Shown here: positions 8,767 to 21,119 of the stretch, one piece after another | Position numbering within the stretch: the first letter of the stretch is position 1 | How the letters are laid out: every line of letters begins with the position of its first letter | Source: a phage | Sequence record: PZ019085.1 | Reading direction: 5' to 3' (one strand) | Length of the DNA: 64,000 nucleotides | Program-made: the position numbers and the translations under genes | Notes under the pieces: model-generated | The model's database searches: none | What the model was told of the DNA's origin: nothing | The model's input: only the letters and a program-made list of their open reading frames with translations

Positions 8767-11700
8767 TTATTCAATCCACTCGAATTTAACGGATTTATTC
8801 ACAGGGTCTGGAATAATGCGGACATTACCAATCCTTAAGAAATCCCTTATTGTCAAGTTTCCGATTGTTGCATTATCAGAAGGTAAAGCGCCAATATCAG
8901 AAGGTTGAGGAGGGTTTCCACCATCAAATACCTGAACAAAACTTGACCAAGAATTTTTAGTTTTCTGCCATGTACGTGTCCAACGGGTTGTACGTGCTTC
9001 TGGAGTTGTCGGATAAGTAATCCAATCTTGGTAAAGCGAATCAAGCGTATTACCAAACTGAGTCAATGTACCAGGAGATTTAACTTCTTCACCACGTTCT
9101 AAGTATGGAAGTCCAGTCACTTCATTAGTTTTTTCAACCATTTTAAAATAACCTGGGAACTGGTTATAAGTGGCTGAATCGTTAATATCTATTGACCAGA
9201 ATCCTACAGTATCAGATGTTGGTGCACGGGTATATAAATCAGATGTTTTAGTACCCTGAGAACGAATTCTCGAGTTAACAGTTAAACCACCTGAATTTAT
9301 AGTAGCACCTTTGGCGATGATTAAGCTTTCACCAATCGTTACTTGACCAGATGCATTATTAATAGCCAAAGGACGTAATCCATTAAATCCGCCGGTCTGA
9401 TCACCAGATGCAGTGAGCATAAAATAGGTATTAGCAGCATCATTACGAATAAAGAATCCGTAATCACCGTTTATTGCTCTGAAAGCATTTGCAGACTTGC
9501 TGATGAATTCGCCATTAGCAGTAACTGAACTACCAAATGTTGCTACGCCATTCGCATTCAATGAACCCGAAGCGTTAACATTTATTGGCATTACAGTACC
9601 ATTAATGCTAAACGTTATATTACCAGCTTTATTACGTTGAGAATAAAAGTGATTAGACGTTTCATCGCCAACTTCAAATACGGTAGAACGTGTTGTATCT
9701 GAACCACCACCAAACTGATTTCCCCAAACTCTGATAGTCATCGTCTGTACTGGGTTAGTTCCAGTCTGAGGTCCTTTTTCAAAAATCAGACGAGTTGCCG
9801 TTCCAGTATTAGAAATAGTTAATGTACTATTTGCCGAAACTGATCCACCAAACGTAGCGGTACTAGATGATACAAGAGGGGCACTCAGATTTGTTTGTTG
9901 GGTTAAGGTTAGTGAACCATTAACCGTCTGTGCAATGTCCCTACGAATGAACTGAGATGAATCTAGGCCATCCAATAAATTCGTGTCGGCAGCTTTTGCT
10001 TTTAATGGCAAGTAATTTGCTAATACACGGTTTAATTCATACGGTGATACTGCATAGCTATTTTTCTCGTATAGCTCTAAGTTCTGTGTAGAACCGACTG
10101 TATCATTACCAACGAATGTAATTGAACCGGATGAAGTTTTAACAAAACCTCTTATCGCCGTAGTAGCAGCCCATGTCGGTTCACTCTGCACAATCCATTT
10201 TAAATTTTTTGGAGATACAGCAGTATTTGCTGACGTTCCTGTTACAGTTTCAGCCCGAGTAGCAACCTTAATTACGCCTTCAGACGTTTCAGTGGACTTA
10301 GTCCCTAAAAGCTTTTTAGGAGTAATAAGAACATCATCTAAAGTTCCTGCATTAGATTCTGCCTGGGTCGCTACGCGAAGTGTACCACGTTGTGTTTCAT
10401 TTGCTTTAGAAATATCAAGAGTATAATGGTTCCACAAGGTTCCTTCTTCAATAAGTCCGGAATCAGAATTAACACTGGTACGGTCAGAAGAATCAAAATG
10501 AGTTTTAATTTTCAGTGGAGTCGAGATACGAGTATCATCAGTTCCAGTATCAAATTCAACTTGCGTAGCAATTTCGGCTATGCCGGATAATCCTTCCGTC
10601 GCTCTCCTATCATTTAACGTCTTAGGCGTTACTGCACGTGTATAATCAGTCCCAGCATTAGTTTCTGCTTGCGTAGCAATTTCAATTAAACCAATACGTC
10701 CATCAGTAGAAGTTTTCTTATGTAGTGTTTCAGGAGTTACTACAGCGTGAGAATAACCTGCTTGTGATTGACCAGCAATTACTTCACTATCAACAGCTAA
10801 AATTACTGCACCTTGTTGAGCATAAGTTGCTTTATATTGGTCAAGGGCTTTAGGAGAAATAGTTAAATTATTTACGGTTTTATTATAAACGTTAGTGCCT
10901 GCAGTGCCACGAGTTTCAGCAGGAGTAGCAGAAGTAGTCGATACATATTTAACTATACCAGACAGCGTTTCAGAGCCCTGACGTGCCTGCAATTTCTTAG
11001 GTGTAATAATCGTTGTGTCATCAAGACCAGCATCGGTTTCGGTCTGAGTAGCAATTTCAGCAAGACCGCGACGAGTTTCAGTTGCTGTACGTTCATTTAG
11101 TTTTTTAGGCGTAACAATAGTATCGTCCACAAATGATGCTGTGGAATTCTGGTTAACTTGCGCTGTTGTAGCAATTTTGGCGATACCACGTCGAGATTCA
11201 GTTGCTGTACGATTTGCCAATGTTTCAGGAGTAATAGCAACTTCTTTAGCTGGAGTATTCTCTAAATCAACATTTGCTTGCGCTTGAGTAGCAAGAGCAA
11301 TAACACCTAAACGAGCTCGTGTAGCATCAGATCCAGCATCAACACGTTCTACCGTAGGGACGTTTTGTTGAACAACCCAATAACGTGTACCAGCAACGGT
11401 GTCTTCGATATACGATAATTCTAATACAGGAACATATGAAGTAGTGCCATTGAATTCTAGTTCAGTAACAGAGACCCATTGAGCATCAGGTGGATATTCA
11501 GAACGTTTAGGGAACTGAAGCAATGCAACAGAAGAAGCAATTGTATCACCAGTAGCTGCTTTAATTTTTACTGTTTGGCCTTTACGCATGTAGTTCATTG
11601 AAATTTTAACAGTGTCACCACTCAAAATTCCGGTAGGCAGCGTAAGATTAATAGTTCCAGTTGTAGCATTATTTGTGCCAAAAATAAGAACTTCTTCATT

Positions 11701-12642
11701 TGGACGAATATTTGAATCCGCACGGATAATACGAAGACGCGATTTCTGGTCGCCTTCCCATATACGCCATAAACTATTTGAAGCATCAAAAACAAAAAAC
11801 GCGTCAGAGTCATTTCTGCCTTCGGCAATATGAGTCCCGACTTCACCAATAGACGTTGTATCATCAAATGTTTTAACAATTGTATGATACAGTGGGTTTA
11901 ATCTATCTAAATCGACTAGACTGATTATATCACCATTGTTAGCATTACGTGGAAGTGTAATGTTGATTGGTGCTGCACTAGTAAAACGACGAACGATAAA
12001 ATCATTTGCTTGTGCTTGATATGGTGTCGCAGGTGTAACAGTGATTGATTCTTTACCATAATCGGTAATATACATCTGCCACAAACGATTACTAAATACA
12101 AACAATAGTTGTGAACGTGGGCGCGTCATTAAAACTGTACGAACTTGTTCACCTCTAAAGTTTAAAATACTCTGCACAGACGCGTTAATCTGTACTTTAA
12201 CTGTCCCGGTTCTTCCACCAATATCAGCCAAAACAACAGTATCACCATCAACCGGCGCATTTGGCAACGTGAAAACCATATCATTGCCGGCCCCAGTGTT
12301 AACCGAAATCGATTCACCTGAAGAAAGTTGATAAGTCCCAGAAGAGACAGTTATCCATTGTGCATCGGTACGAACTGCACGCCATTGTAAAAGGTTAAAT
12401 GCCCCGGAAGGAGACACGATATCATTTATTGCTTGATATAGACGGTTGTCATAAAGAACAACAAATCCTTTGTTGTATCCACGCGTAGAATCATATACTT
12501 GAACGGTGTTTTCTTGTACCAGGAAGTCAACGTTTACGCCATCAGTACCTACTGTACGGTCGGCTAATGCTACGTTAACAATCTTGTCGCCACCGGCGTC
12601 CAGACCGTCTTCGGCTCTGAACTTACGTTTGATGTCGGCCAT
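8767..12642 (-). CDS. 34: gp34 long tail fibre proximal subunit
   Basis: 1291 aa (T4 about 1289); repeated TATE(S/T)RRG-type motifs; synteny. Confidence 0.9.
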   Translation of the reverse strand: MADIKRKFRAEDGLDAGGDKIVNVALADRTVGTDGVNVDFLVQENTVQVYDSTRGYNKGFVVLYDNRLYQAINDIVSPSGAFNLLQWRAVRTDAQWITVSSGTYQLSSGESISVNTGAGNDMVFTLPNAPVDGDTVVLADIGGRTGTVKVQINASVQSILNFRGEQVRTVLMTRPRSQLLFVFSNRLWQMYITDYGKESITVTPATPYQAQANDFIVRRFTSAAPINITLPRNANNGDIISLVDLDRLNPLYHTIVKTFDDTTSIGEVGTHIAEGRNDSDAFFVFDASNSLWRIWEGDQKSRLRIIRADSNIRPNEEVLIFGTNNATTGTINLTLPTGILSGDTVKISMNYMRKGQTVKIKAATGDTIASSVALLQFPKRSEYPPDAQWVSVTELEFNGTTSYVPVLELSYIEDTVAGTRYWVVQQNVPTVERVDAGSDATRARLGVIALATQAQANVDLENTPAKEVAITPETLANRTATESRRGIAKIATTAQVNQNSTASFVDDTIVTPKKLNERTATETRRGLAEIATQTETDAGLDDTTIITPKKLQARQGSETLSGIVKYVSTTSATPAETRGTAGTNVYNKTVNNLTISPKALDQYKATYAQQGAVILAVDSEVIAGQSQAGYSHAVVTPETLHKKTSTDGRIGLIEIATQAETNAGTDYTRAVTPKTLNDRRATEGLSGIAEIATQVEFDTGTDDTRISTPLKIKTHFDSSDRTSVNSDSGLIEEGTLWNHYTLDISKANETQRGTLRVATQAESNAGTLDDVLITPKKLLGTKSTETSEGVIKVATRAETVTGTSANTAVSPKNLKWIVQSEPTWAATTAIRGFVKTSSGSITFVGNDTVGSTQNLELYEKNSYAVSPYELNRVLANYLPLKAKAADTNLLDGLDSSQFIRRDIAQTVNGSLTLTQQTNLSAPLVSSSTATFGGSVSANSTLTISNTGTATRLIFEKGPQTGTNPVQTMTIRVWGNQFGGGSDTTRSTVFEVGDETSNHFYSQRNKAGNITFSINGTVMPINVNASGSLNANGVATFGSSVTANGEFISKSANAFRAINGDYGFFIRNDAANTYFMLTASGDQTGGFNGLRPLAINNASGQVTIGESLIIAKGATINSGGLTVNSRIRSQGTKTSDLYTRAPTSDTVGFWSIDINDSATYNQFPGYFKMVEKTNEVTGLPYLERGEEVKSPGTLTQFGNTLDSLYQDWITYPTTPEARTTRWTRTWQKTKNSWSSFVQVFDGGNPPQPSDIGALPSDNATIGNLTIRDFLRIGNVRIIPDPVNKSVKFEWIE

Positions 12643-12672
12643 TCGTTTTTCCTTTATTGTTTCAATAATACT

Positions 12673-12680
12673 TATTTATA
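12673..12680 (-). promoter_or_regulatory. late promoter for gene 34
   Basis: TATAAATA on minus strand about 30 nt upstream of the gene 34 start. Confidence 0.6.
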
Positions 12681-12683
12681 CCA

Positions 12684-12713
12684 GTTTACGCTTTCAAATG
12701 AGTATGTTACTAT
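12684..12713 (+). promoter_or_regulatory. early (sigma70-type) promoter upstream of rnh
   Basis: GTTTAC at 12684-12689, 18-bp spacer, TACTAT at 12708-12713. Confidence 0.5.
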
Positions 12714-12745
12714 AGACAAGTTGACTAACTGAACAAGAGGTTCAT

Positions 12746-13663
12746 ATGGATTTAGAAATGATGTTGGATGAAGATTACAAAGAAGGTATTGCACTTGCCG
12801 ACTTTAGTAACATTGCATTGGCAGCTGCATTAAACAACTTTGAAGATGGCGATAAAATTACTGTTCCGATGGTTCGTCATGTAATCTTGAATTCAATTCG
12901 TAAAAACGTAGTGATGTTCCGTAAGCAAGGCTATACAAAATTTGTATTGTGTATGGATAATGCTACTTCAGGTTATTGGCGTCGTGACTTTGCTTACTAT
13001 TACAAGAAAAATCGTAAAACCGATCGTGAAGCTTCAAAGTGGGATTGGGAAGGATATTTTACTGCACTCCGTCAAGTTGTTGATGAGATTAAGAAATACA
13101 TGCCGTACGTTGTAATGGATATTGACAAGTATGAAGCGGATGACCATATTGGTGTATTAACCAAATATTTGTCATTAGCTGGACATAAGGTATGTATTGT
13201 TGCATCAGATGGTGACTTTACACAATTACATAAATATCCTAACGTTAAACAGTGGTCACCACCACAGAAAAAATGGGTTAAAATTAAGAACGGTTCTGCC
13301 GAAATTGATTGCATGACTAAAATTCTTAAAGGCGACCGTAAAGACGGCGTTGCGTCGGTTCGAGTTCGTGGCGACTTCTGGTTTACTAGAGTTGATGGTG
13401 AACGAACTCCGAGCATGAAAACATCAATTATTGAAGCAATTGCTAACGACCGTTCTCAAGCTGAAGTATTATTAAGTGCTGAAGAATATAAACGGTATCA
13501 AGAAAATTTGGTTCTCATTGATTTTGATTATATCCCTGATAATATTGCTTCAACCATTATAGAGTATTATAACTCATATAAACCACAACCTAAAGGCAAG
13601 ATTTATTCATACTTTGTAAAATCTGGTCTTTCTAAATTAACAAGTGTAATTAATGAATTCTGA
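12746..13663 (+). CDS. rnh: RNase H (5'-3' exonuclease, FEN family)
   Basis: 305 aa as in T4; synteny between gene 34 and dsbA. Confidence 0.85.
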   Translation: MDLEMMLDEDYKEGIALADFSNIALAAALNNFEDGDKITVPMVRHVILNSIRKNVVMFRKQGYTKFVLCMDNATSGYWRRDFAYYYKKNRKTDREASKWDWEGYFTALRQVVDEIKKYMPYVVMDIDKYEADDHIGVLTKYLSLAGHKVCIVASDGDFTQLHKYPNVKQWSPPQKKWVKIKNGSAEIDCMTKILKGDRKDGVASVRVRGDFWFTRVDGERTPSMKTSIIEAIANDRSQAEVLLSAEEYKRYQENLVLIDFDYIPDNIASTIIEYYNSYKPQPKGKIYSYFVKSGLSKLTSVINEF

Positions 13664-13670
13664 GGTAAAC

Positions 13671-13940
13671 ATGGCTAAGAAAGAAGCAGTTGAATTTAAT
13701 CAAGATGTGCATGGTGAAGAACTGGCTAAACTAGTCAAGGAAGCTTCCGATAACAAACTTAAAATTTCTGGTTATAATGAACTGATTAAAGACATTCGTA
13801 CTCGTGCTAAAGAAGAGCTTGGCGTCGATGGAAAAATGTTTAATCGTTTGTTAGCTCTTTATCATAAAGATGCTCGTGACCAATTTGAAGCTGAAAACGA
13901 AGAGGTAGTCGAGCTTTATGACACAGTTTTCACTAAGTGA
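13671..13940 (+). CDS. dsbA: DsbA double-stranded DNA-binding protein
   Basis: ATG at 13671 after GAGGT gives 89 aa as in T4; track ORF begins at 13653 overlapping rnh. Confidence 0.65.
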   Translation: MAKKEAVEFNQDVHGEELAKLVKEASDNKLKISGYNELIKDIRTRAKEELGVDGKMFNRLLALYHKDARDQFEAENEEVVELYDTVFTK

Positions 13941-14256
13941 TATTAAACCGGTTGATGAGGCCGGTTTATCTGAACAAGAATTAGCAGTAAAACATGATAA
14001 AGATGATATCGCTAAATTGCTTGACCGACAAGAAAACGGATTCATTATCGAATCCATGGTTGAACAATTTGGTATGTCTTATTTAGAAGCAACAACTGCT
14101 TTCTTGGAAGAAAATTCTATTCCAGAAACACAATTTGCTAAATTTATTCCTACAGGAATTGTTGAAAAAATTACAAGCGAAGCAATTGACGAAAACATGC
14201 TTCGCCCATCAGTTGCTCGTGGTGAAAAAACTAATACGTTAGATTTCTTATTATGA
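13918..14256 (+). CDS. 33: gp33 late transcription co-activator
   Basis: 112 aa as in T4; acidic; synteny. Confidence 0.7.
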   Translation: MTQFSLSDIKPVDEAGLSEQELAVKHDKDDIAKLLDRQENGFIIESMVEQFGMSYLEATTAFLEENSIPETQFAKFIPTGIVEKITSEAIDENMLRPSVARGEKTNTLDFLL

Positions 14257-14906
14257 TTAAAATACGCATGCCTCCTGATGGAGAACGTTATATTAACGGA
14301 AAATCGGTATACAAACTATACTTGATGTGCAAACAACATTTTAATGGTCGGTATGACGTAATCAAATATAACTGGTGCATGCGTGTTTCGGATAATGCGT
14401 ATCAAAAACGCCGAGATAAATATTTCTTTGAAAAACTAGCAGAGAAATATAAATTGAAGGAACTCACCTTGATATTCATAAGCAACTTAGTTGCTAACCA
14501 AGACGCATGGATTGGTGAGATATCAGACGCTGATGCATTAGTTTTCTATAGGGAATATATTGGACGTCTCAAACAAGCCAAGGAGACGTTTGCTGAAGAT
14601 GTACGTAACATCTACTATTTCAGTAAGAAAGTTGAAGTTAGTGCGCTTCAAGAGATATTTGATTATAATAACAACGTTCAGTCGAGCTACATATTCAAAT
14701 TGCTACAAAGCAATATAATTTCATTTGAGACTTTCTTATTGTTGGACTCATTTTTGAATATTATAGATAAGCACGACGAACTCACCGATAATTTAGTCTG
14801 GCAAAATTATTCTACCAAATTAAAGGCATATCGAAAAATACTTCAAATCGATGTAAATGCTGCTAAGAAATTGTTCATAGAAACAATCAAATCATGTAAG
14901 TATTAA
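14253..14906 (+). CDS. 59: gp59 helicase loader
   Basis: 217 aa; MIKIRMPPDGERYINGKSVYKLYLM...KYNWCMRVSD... matches T4 gp59. Confidence 0.9.
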   Translation: MIKIRMPPDGERYINGKSVYKLYLMCKQHFNGRYDVIKYNWCMRVSDNAYQKRRDKYFFEKLAEKYKLKELTLIFISNLVANQDAWIGEISDADALVFYREYIGRLKQAKETFAEDVRNIYYFSKKVEVSALQEIFDYNNNVQSSYIFKLLQSNIISFETFLLLDSFLNIIDKHDELTDNLVWQNYSTKLKAYRKILQIDVNAAKKLFIETIKSCKY

Positions 14907-14935
14907 GCTTTATTTCTTGTGTGTTAAAATTACTT

Positions 14936-14943
14936 TATAAATA
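14936..14943 (+). promoter_or_regulatory. late promoter upstream of gene 32
   Basis: TATAAATA in the 59-32 intergenic region. Confidence 0.5.
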
Positions 14944-14947
14944 AATC

Positions 14948-15024
14948 ATACCAGCTACGAGGTATAAGTGTCGTAGCAACCAACTGTAAATAAATTAAAT
15001 AATCTAAATAAAAGGTAATAATCC
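14948..15024 (+). promoter_or_regulatory. gene 32 mRNA leader: hairpin (possible pseudoknot) plus AU-rich unstructured translational operator
   Basis: 7-bp stem GCTACGA/TCGTAGC (14954-14960 / 14971-14977); upstream ATACC complements loop GGTAT; followed by TAAAT repeats up to the SD. Confidence 0.5.
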
Positions 15025-15924
15025 ATGTTTAAACGTAAATCTACTGCTGACCTCGCTGCTCAAATGGCTAAACTGAATGGTAACAAAGGTTTCTCTTCAG
15101 AAGATAAAGGCGAATGGAAGCTGAAGCTAGATGCATCCGGTAATGGTCAAGCGGTAATTCGTTTCTTGCCAGCAAAAACTGATGATGCACTACCATTTGC
15201 AATTCTTGTTAACCACGGTTTCAAGAAAAATGGTAAATGGTATATTGAAAATTGCTCTTCTACACATGGTGATTATGACTCTTGTCCTGTATGTCAGTAC
15301 ATTAGTAAAAATGACCTGTACAATACTAACAAAACTGAATATTCTCAACTGAAACGTAAAACTTCTTATTGGGCTAATATTCTGGTTGTTAAAGACCCTC
15401 AAGCTCCAGATAATGAAGGTAAAGTATTTAAATATCGTTTCGGTAAAAAGATTTGGGACAAAATCAATGCAATGATTGCTGTTGATACCGAAATGGGTGA
15501 AACTCCAGTTGATGTTACTTGTCCGTTTGAAGGTGCTAACTTCGTTCTGAAAGCTAAGCAGGTTTCTGGTTTTAGCAACTATGACGAATCTAAATTCTTG
15601 GGTCAATCTGAAATTCCTCGTATTAATGACGAAGCATTCCAGAAAGAACTATATGACCAGATGGTAGACCTTACTACTTTGACGGCTAAAGACCAGTTTA
15701 AATCCTTTGAAAAATTAAATGAATCTTTCGCTAAGGTTCTTGGTACTGCCGCTCTTGGTGGTGCAGCAGCCGCAGCAGCTTCTGTTGCAGATAAAGTTGC
15801 TTCTGACCTTGACGATTTTGATAAAGACATGGAAGCCTTTAGTTCTGCAAAAACTGAAGATGACTTCATGAGTTCCTCGTCTTCTGACGATGGCGACCTC
15901 GATGACCTGTTAGCCGGTCTATAA
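15025..15924 (+). CDS. 32: gp32 single-stranded DNA-binding protein
   Basis: 299 aa; [36 protein letters not shown]... matches T4 gp32; acidic C-terminal tail. Confidence 0.95.
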   Translation: MFKRKSTADLAAQMAKLNGNKGFSSEDKGEWKLKLDASGNGQAVIRFLPAKTDDALPFAILVNHGFKKNGKWYIENCSSTHGDYDSCPVCQYISKNDLYNTNKTEYSQLKRKTSYWANILVVKDPQAPDNEGKVFKYRFGKKIWDKINAMIAVDTEMGETPVDVTCPFEGANFVLKAKQVSGFSNYDESKFLGQSEIPRINDEAFQKELYDQMVDLTTLTAKDQFKSFEKLNESFAKVLGTAALGGAAAAAASVADKVASDLDDFDKDMEAFSSAKTEDDFMSSSSSDDGDLDDLLAGL

Positions 15925-15930
15925 TAAATC

Positions 15931-15953
15931 GGGAGACTTCGGTCTCCCTTTTG
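15931..15953 (+). terminator. intrinsic terminator after gene 32
   Basis: GGGAGAC-UUCG-GUCUCCC followed by TTTTG. Confidence 0.7.
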
Positions 15954-15980
15954 AGTATCTGTAAATTGCCAAAAAAAGTT

Positions 15981-16009
15981 GTTTACTTTTCCTTTAAACA
16001 TGATACTAT
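15981..16009 (+). promoter_or_regulatory. early promoter cassette
   Basis: GTTTAC 15981-15986, 17-bp spacer, TACTAT 16004-16009, then conserved TATCAAC. Confidence 0.55.
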
Positions 16010-16039
16010 AGACTTATCAACAAATTAGAGGAAAATAAA

Positions 16040-16291
16040 ATGATTTTTATTATTCAAAGAAGTATGGATTACTGCGGTAGCAAAAACGTTGCAGCTTTCA
16101 CTGACCCAGTTGCGACATACAATGAATGCCTGAAGCCGGAAAACGTAGCATGTATTTCGTCTGATTACGAAGCTCTTATCGTACAGATGTTCTATTCTTC
16201 GGGTGATAATCATGCAGTTCGCATTAAAGAAGAACACCTAGAATCATATGAGACGTTTGCAGAATCTTTATTACAACACATCAACAAATGA
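16040..16291 (+). CDS. hypothetical early protein (83 aa)
   Basis: ORF with its own upstream early promoter; no recognisable motif. Confidence 0.5.
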   Translation: MIFIIQRSMDYCGSKNVAAFTDPVATYNECLKPENVACISSDYEALIVQMFYSSGDNHAVRIKEEHLESYETFAESLLQHINK

Positions 16292-16301
16292 GGAAATCAA
16301 A

Positions 16302-16706
16302 ATGGAAATCGGAAAATCTTATATCATTAACCCTTTGTTTAAAGACGACTTTGTTCAAGAAGCACCACACAATAATGCTAAGATGTTAAAATTGATTGAG
16401 CTCCATGGGCCTAGTTTTGTTGTAAATGGAATGGAACCTGATTATGATGGCGATACGCCAAACGTAGTAAGTGTAACCATGGAAGACGGTACTGTATGTT
16501 CTGCTGGTGGTGAAATTGAAACTTATTTTGAGATTTATCCTGACGAGTTCAAATACTTTATTGAGTACTTTACTGAGGTAGATTTAGTAAAACCTCAACC
16601 TACTAACGAAGGTATAACTTTAGGTGTAACAAAAATCCATTGTATCGTAGATGAAACCAACGTCGACGAAATCATCAAACTTTTGCAAAAAACTTTTAAA
16701 AAGTAG
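16302..16706 (+). CDS. hypothetical early protein (134 aa; track start 16248)
   Basis: ATG at 16302 preceded by GAGGAAA just after the upstream stop; no recognisable motif. Confidence 0.5.
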   Translation: MEIGKSYIINPLFKDDFVQEAPHNNAKMLKLIELHGPSFVVNGMEPDYDGDTPNVVSVTMEDGTVCSAGGEIETYFEIYPDEFKYFIEYFTEVDLVKPQPTNEGITLGVTKIHCIVDETNVDEIIKLLQKTFKK

Positions 16707-16734
16707 TTTACAACAAGATAGGGCTATGTTATAG
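16706..16734 (+). promoter_or_regulatory. early promoter cassette
   Basis: GTTTAC 16706-16711 and TTATAG -10-like element; inverted repeat GATAGG/CCTATC around it. Confidence 0.45.
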
Positions 16735-16769
16735 TAGTCCTATCAAATAAAAGTGAAGAGGAGAATAAA

Positions 16770-18465
<1,696 letters not shown>

Positions 18466-18466
18466 A

Positions 18467-18721
18467 ATGATTTTACGTTTTATTAATTCATATGGCACCA
18501 CAATTTTTGAAATGAAAAATCCAAGTGAACTGGATATACCTTCACCGAATAGTGAAATCACAGTTAAAGGTGAACGATTCATTTGCTATTCACACGAACG
18601 AATTTATGACTATCGTGAATTTTGTGGTGGTTACGGTATAGAAAAAGAACCGTTGGTTTATTTCGATATCACAGTCTTGACACCTAAAGAATACAAAGAA
18701 ATTATTGCTGAGAATAATTAA
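18467..18721 (+). CDS. hypothetical protein (84 aa)
   Basis: ORF in track between td and nrdA. Confidence 0.45.
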   Translation: MILRFINSYGTTIFEMKNPSELDIPSPNSEITVKGERFICYSHERIYDYREFCGGYGIEKEPLVYFDITVLTPKEYKEIIAENN

Positions 18722-18808
18722 CGCTTCAGTTTAAAAGTGTATAATAAATTAACGGGATAAATACTATCCCGTTTGGAGTAATGTTTATCAACCTATACTG
18801 AGGAATAT

Positions 18809-21064
18809 ATGCAAGTAACTAAGAGCAGTGGTGTATCCCAAAATTTTGATGCACAGAAAATTATTCAAGTCTTAACTTGGCAATGTGAAGGAACACAAAT
18901 TGACCCATATGAATTGTACGAAGAAATTAAAACCCATCTTGTCGATGGGATGAGCACCAAAGATATTCAGAAGATTTGTATTAAAGTTGCAGCTAACTCG
19001 ATTTCTGTCGAAGAACCTGATTATCAGTATGTCGCCGCCAAAGGGCTAATGTTTGCACTTCGTAAAGATGTATACGGACAGTTTGAACCTCCTGCTTTTA
19101 TCGACCATATCTCGTATTGTGTTAATGAAGGCAAATACGATCCTGAGTTGTTGTCTAGATATTCTGCAGAAGAAATCATTTATCTTGATTCTCGGATTAA
19201 ACATGAGCGAGATTTTGACCTGACTTATGCTGGTGCTATGCAGCTTAAAGAAAAATATCTAGTTAAAGATAAAACAACTGGGAAGATTTATGAAACTCCT
19301 CAGTTTGCTATCATGGCTATTGGCATGGCCTTACACCAAGACGAAACTCATGACCGTTTGAAACATATTATTCGTTTTTATGATGCCGTTTCTACTCATC
19401 AAGTTTCATTGCCTACCCCAATTATGGCAGGTGCTCGTACTCCGACTCGCCAGTTCTCTAGTTGTGTAGTTATTGAAGCAGGTGATTCGTTAAAATCTAT
19501 TAACAAAACTTCAGCATCAATTATTGAATATATTTCTAAACGAGCTGGCATCGGTATCAACGTTGGTATGCTTCGTGCAGAAGGTTCTAAGATCGGTATG
19601 GGTGAAGTTCGACATACGGGTGTTATTCCATTCTGGAAACATTTCCAAACTGCAGTAAAATCTTGTTCTCAAGGTGGTATTCGCGGTGGTGCTGCTACAG
19701 CATATTATCCGATGTGGCACTTAGAAGTAGAGAACCTATTAGTTCTGAAAAATAACAAAGGTGTGGATGAAAACCGTATTCGACATATGGACTACGGAAT
19801 TCAGATTAATGACCTCATGATGGAACGCCTTGGTAAAAATGATTATATTACTTTATTTAGCCCTCACGAAATGTCAGGCGAACTATACTACTCGTTCTTT
19901 GAAGATCAAGATAAATTCCGTGAGCTTTATGAGAAAGCTGAAAAAGACCCAACAATCAGAAAGAAAAGAATCAAAGCACTAGAACTCTTTGAATTGTTCA
20001 TGACTGAACGTTCTGGTACTGCTCGAATTTATCCACAGTTTGTTGATAACACGAACAACTACACTCCATTTATTCGTGAAAAGGCTCCAATTCGTCAGAG
20101 TAACTTATGTTGTGAAATCGCTATTCCGACTAATGATGTGAATGGTCCTGATGCTGAAATTGGTTTATGCACATTATCTGCTTTTGTATTAGATAAATTT
20201 GATTGGCAAGACCAAGATAAAATTAATGAACTTGCTGAAGTACAAGTACGTGCACTTGATAATCTGTTAGACTATCAAGATTATCCGGTTCCAGAAGCTT
20301 TAAAAGCCAAAAAGCGTCGTAATCTTGGTGTTGGTGTTACGAACTATGCTGCATGGTTAGCTTCTAACTTCGCTTCATATGAAGACGCTAACGATTTGAC
20401 TCATGAATTGTTTGAGAGATTGCAATATGGCCTTATCAAAGCTTCAATCAAACTCGCCAAAGAAAAAGGATGTTGCGAGTATTATTCAGACACTAAATGG
20501 TCTAGAGGCGAATTACCTATCGACTGGTACAATAAAAAGATTGACCAAATCGCAGCCCCGAACTACGTATGTGATTGGGAAGAACTTCGAGCTGAACTCA
20601 AAGAACACGGAATTCGTAACTCAACGTTGTCTGCACTCATGCCTTGTGAGTCAAGCAGTCAAGTATCGAACTCTACAAATGGGATTGAACCGCCGCGTGG
20701 TCCAGTGAGTATTAAAGAATCTAAAGAAGGCAACTTCCGTCAGGTTGTTCCTAATATAGAACATAACATGAGTCTTTACGACTACGCGTGGAAACTTGCT
20801 AAGAAAGGTAATAAACCTTATTTGACCCAAGTTGCTATCATGTTGAAATGGGTGTGCCAATCTGCTTCTGCTAATACTTACTATGACCCTGCAGTATTTG
20901 AGAAAGGTAAAGTGCCAATGTCGGTAATGCTTGACGATCTGCTTTACTTCTGGTACTTTGGCGGAAAAAACCTCTACTATCATAACACTCGTGATGGGTC
21001 AGGTACAGATGACTATGAATTAGAAACACCTAAAGCTGAAGATTGTTCTGCTTGTAAGCTTTAA
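18809..21064 (+). CDS. nrdA: ribonucleotide reductase large subunit
   Basis: 751 aa; class Ia RNR alpha features including the NLCCEI active-site region and C-terminal Cys pair. Confidence 0.95.
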   Translation: MQVTKSSGVSQNFDAQKIIQVLTWQCEGTQIDPYELYEEIKTHLVDGMSTKDIQKICIKVAANSISVEEPDYQYVAAKGLMFALRKDVYGQFEPPAFIDHISYCVNEGKYDPELLSRYSAEEIIYLDSRIKHERDFDLTYAGAMQLKEKYLVKDKTTGKIYETPQFAIMAIGMALHQDETHDRLKHIIRFYDAVSTHQVSLPTPIMAGARTPTRQFSSCVVIEAGDSLKSINKTSASIIEYISKRAGIGINVGMLRAEGSKIGMGEVRHTGVIPFWKHFQTAVKSCSQGGIRGGAATAYYPMWHLEVENLLVLKNNKGVDENRIRHMDYGIQINDLMMERLGKNDYITLFSPHEMSGELYYSFFEDQDKFRELYEKAEKDPTIRKKRIKALELFELFMTERSGTARIYPQFVDNTNNYTPFIREKAPIRQSNLCCEIAIPTNDVNGPDAEIGLCTLSAFVLDKFDWQDQDKINELAEVQVRALDNLLDYQDYPVPEALKAKKRRNLGVGVTNYAAWLASNFASYEDANDLTHELFERLQYGLIKASIKLAKEKGCCEYYSDTKWSRGELPIDWYNKKIDQIAAPNYVCDWEELRAELKEHGIRNSTLSALMPCESSSQVSNSTNGIEPPRGPVSIKESKEGNFRQVVPNIEHNMSLYDYAWKLAKKGNKPYLTQVAIMLKWVCQSASANTYYDPAVFEKGKVPMSVMLDDLLYFWYFGGKNLYYHNTRDGSGTDDYELETPKAEDCSACKL

Positions 21065-21119
21065 GACTTTTGATTATAATTTACTCATGGATGAGTTAAT
21101 AACTAAGTGAGAAAATATA

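Noticed and set aside
13072-13416. 114-aa minus-strand ORF inside rnh
   Set aside because: Antisense to a conserved gene; no promoter or SD context.
15603-16001. 132-aa minus-strand ORF overlapping the 3' end of gene 32
   Set aside because: Antisense shadow ORF inside a highly conserved gene and across its terminator; no start context.
16248-16301. Upstream start for ORF 16302-16706 given in the track
   Set aside because: Would overlap the preceding ORF by 44 nt in another frame; the ATG at 16302 has a proper SD directly after the upstream stop.
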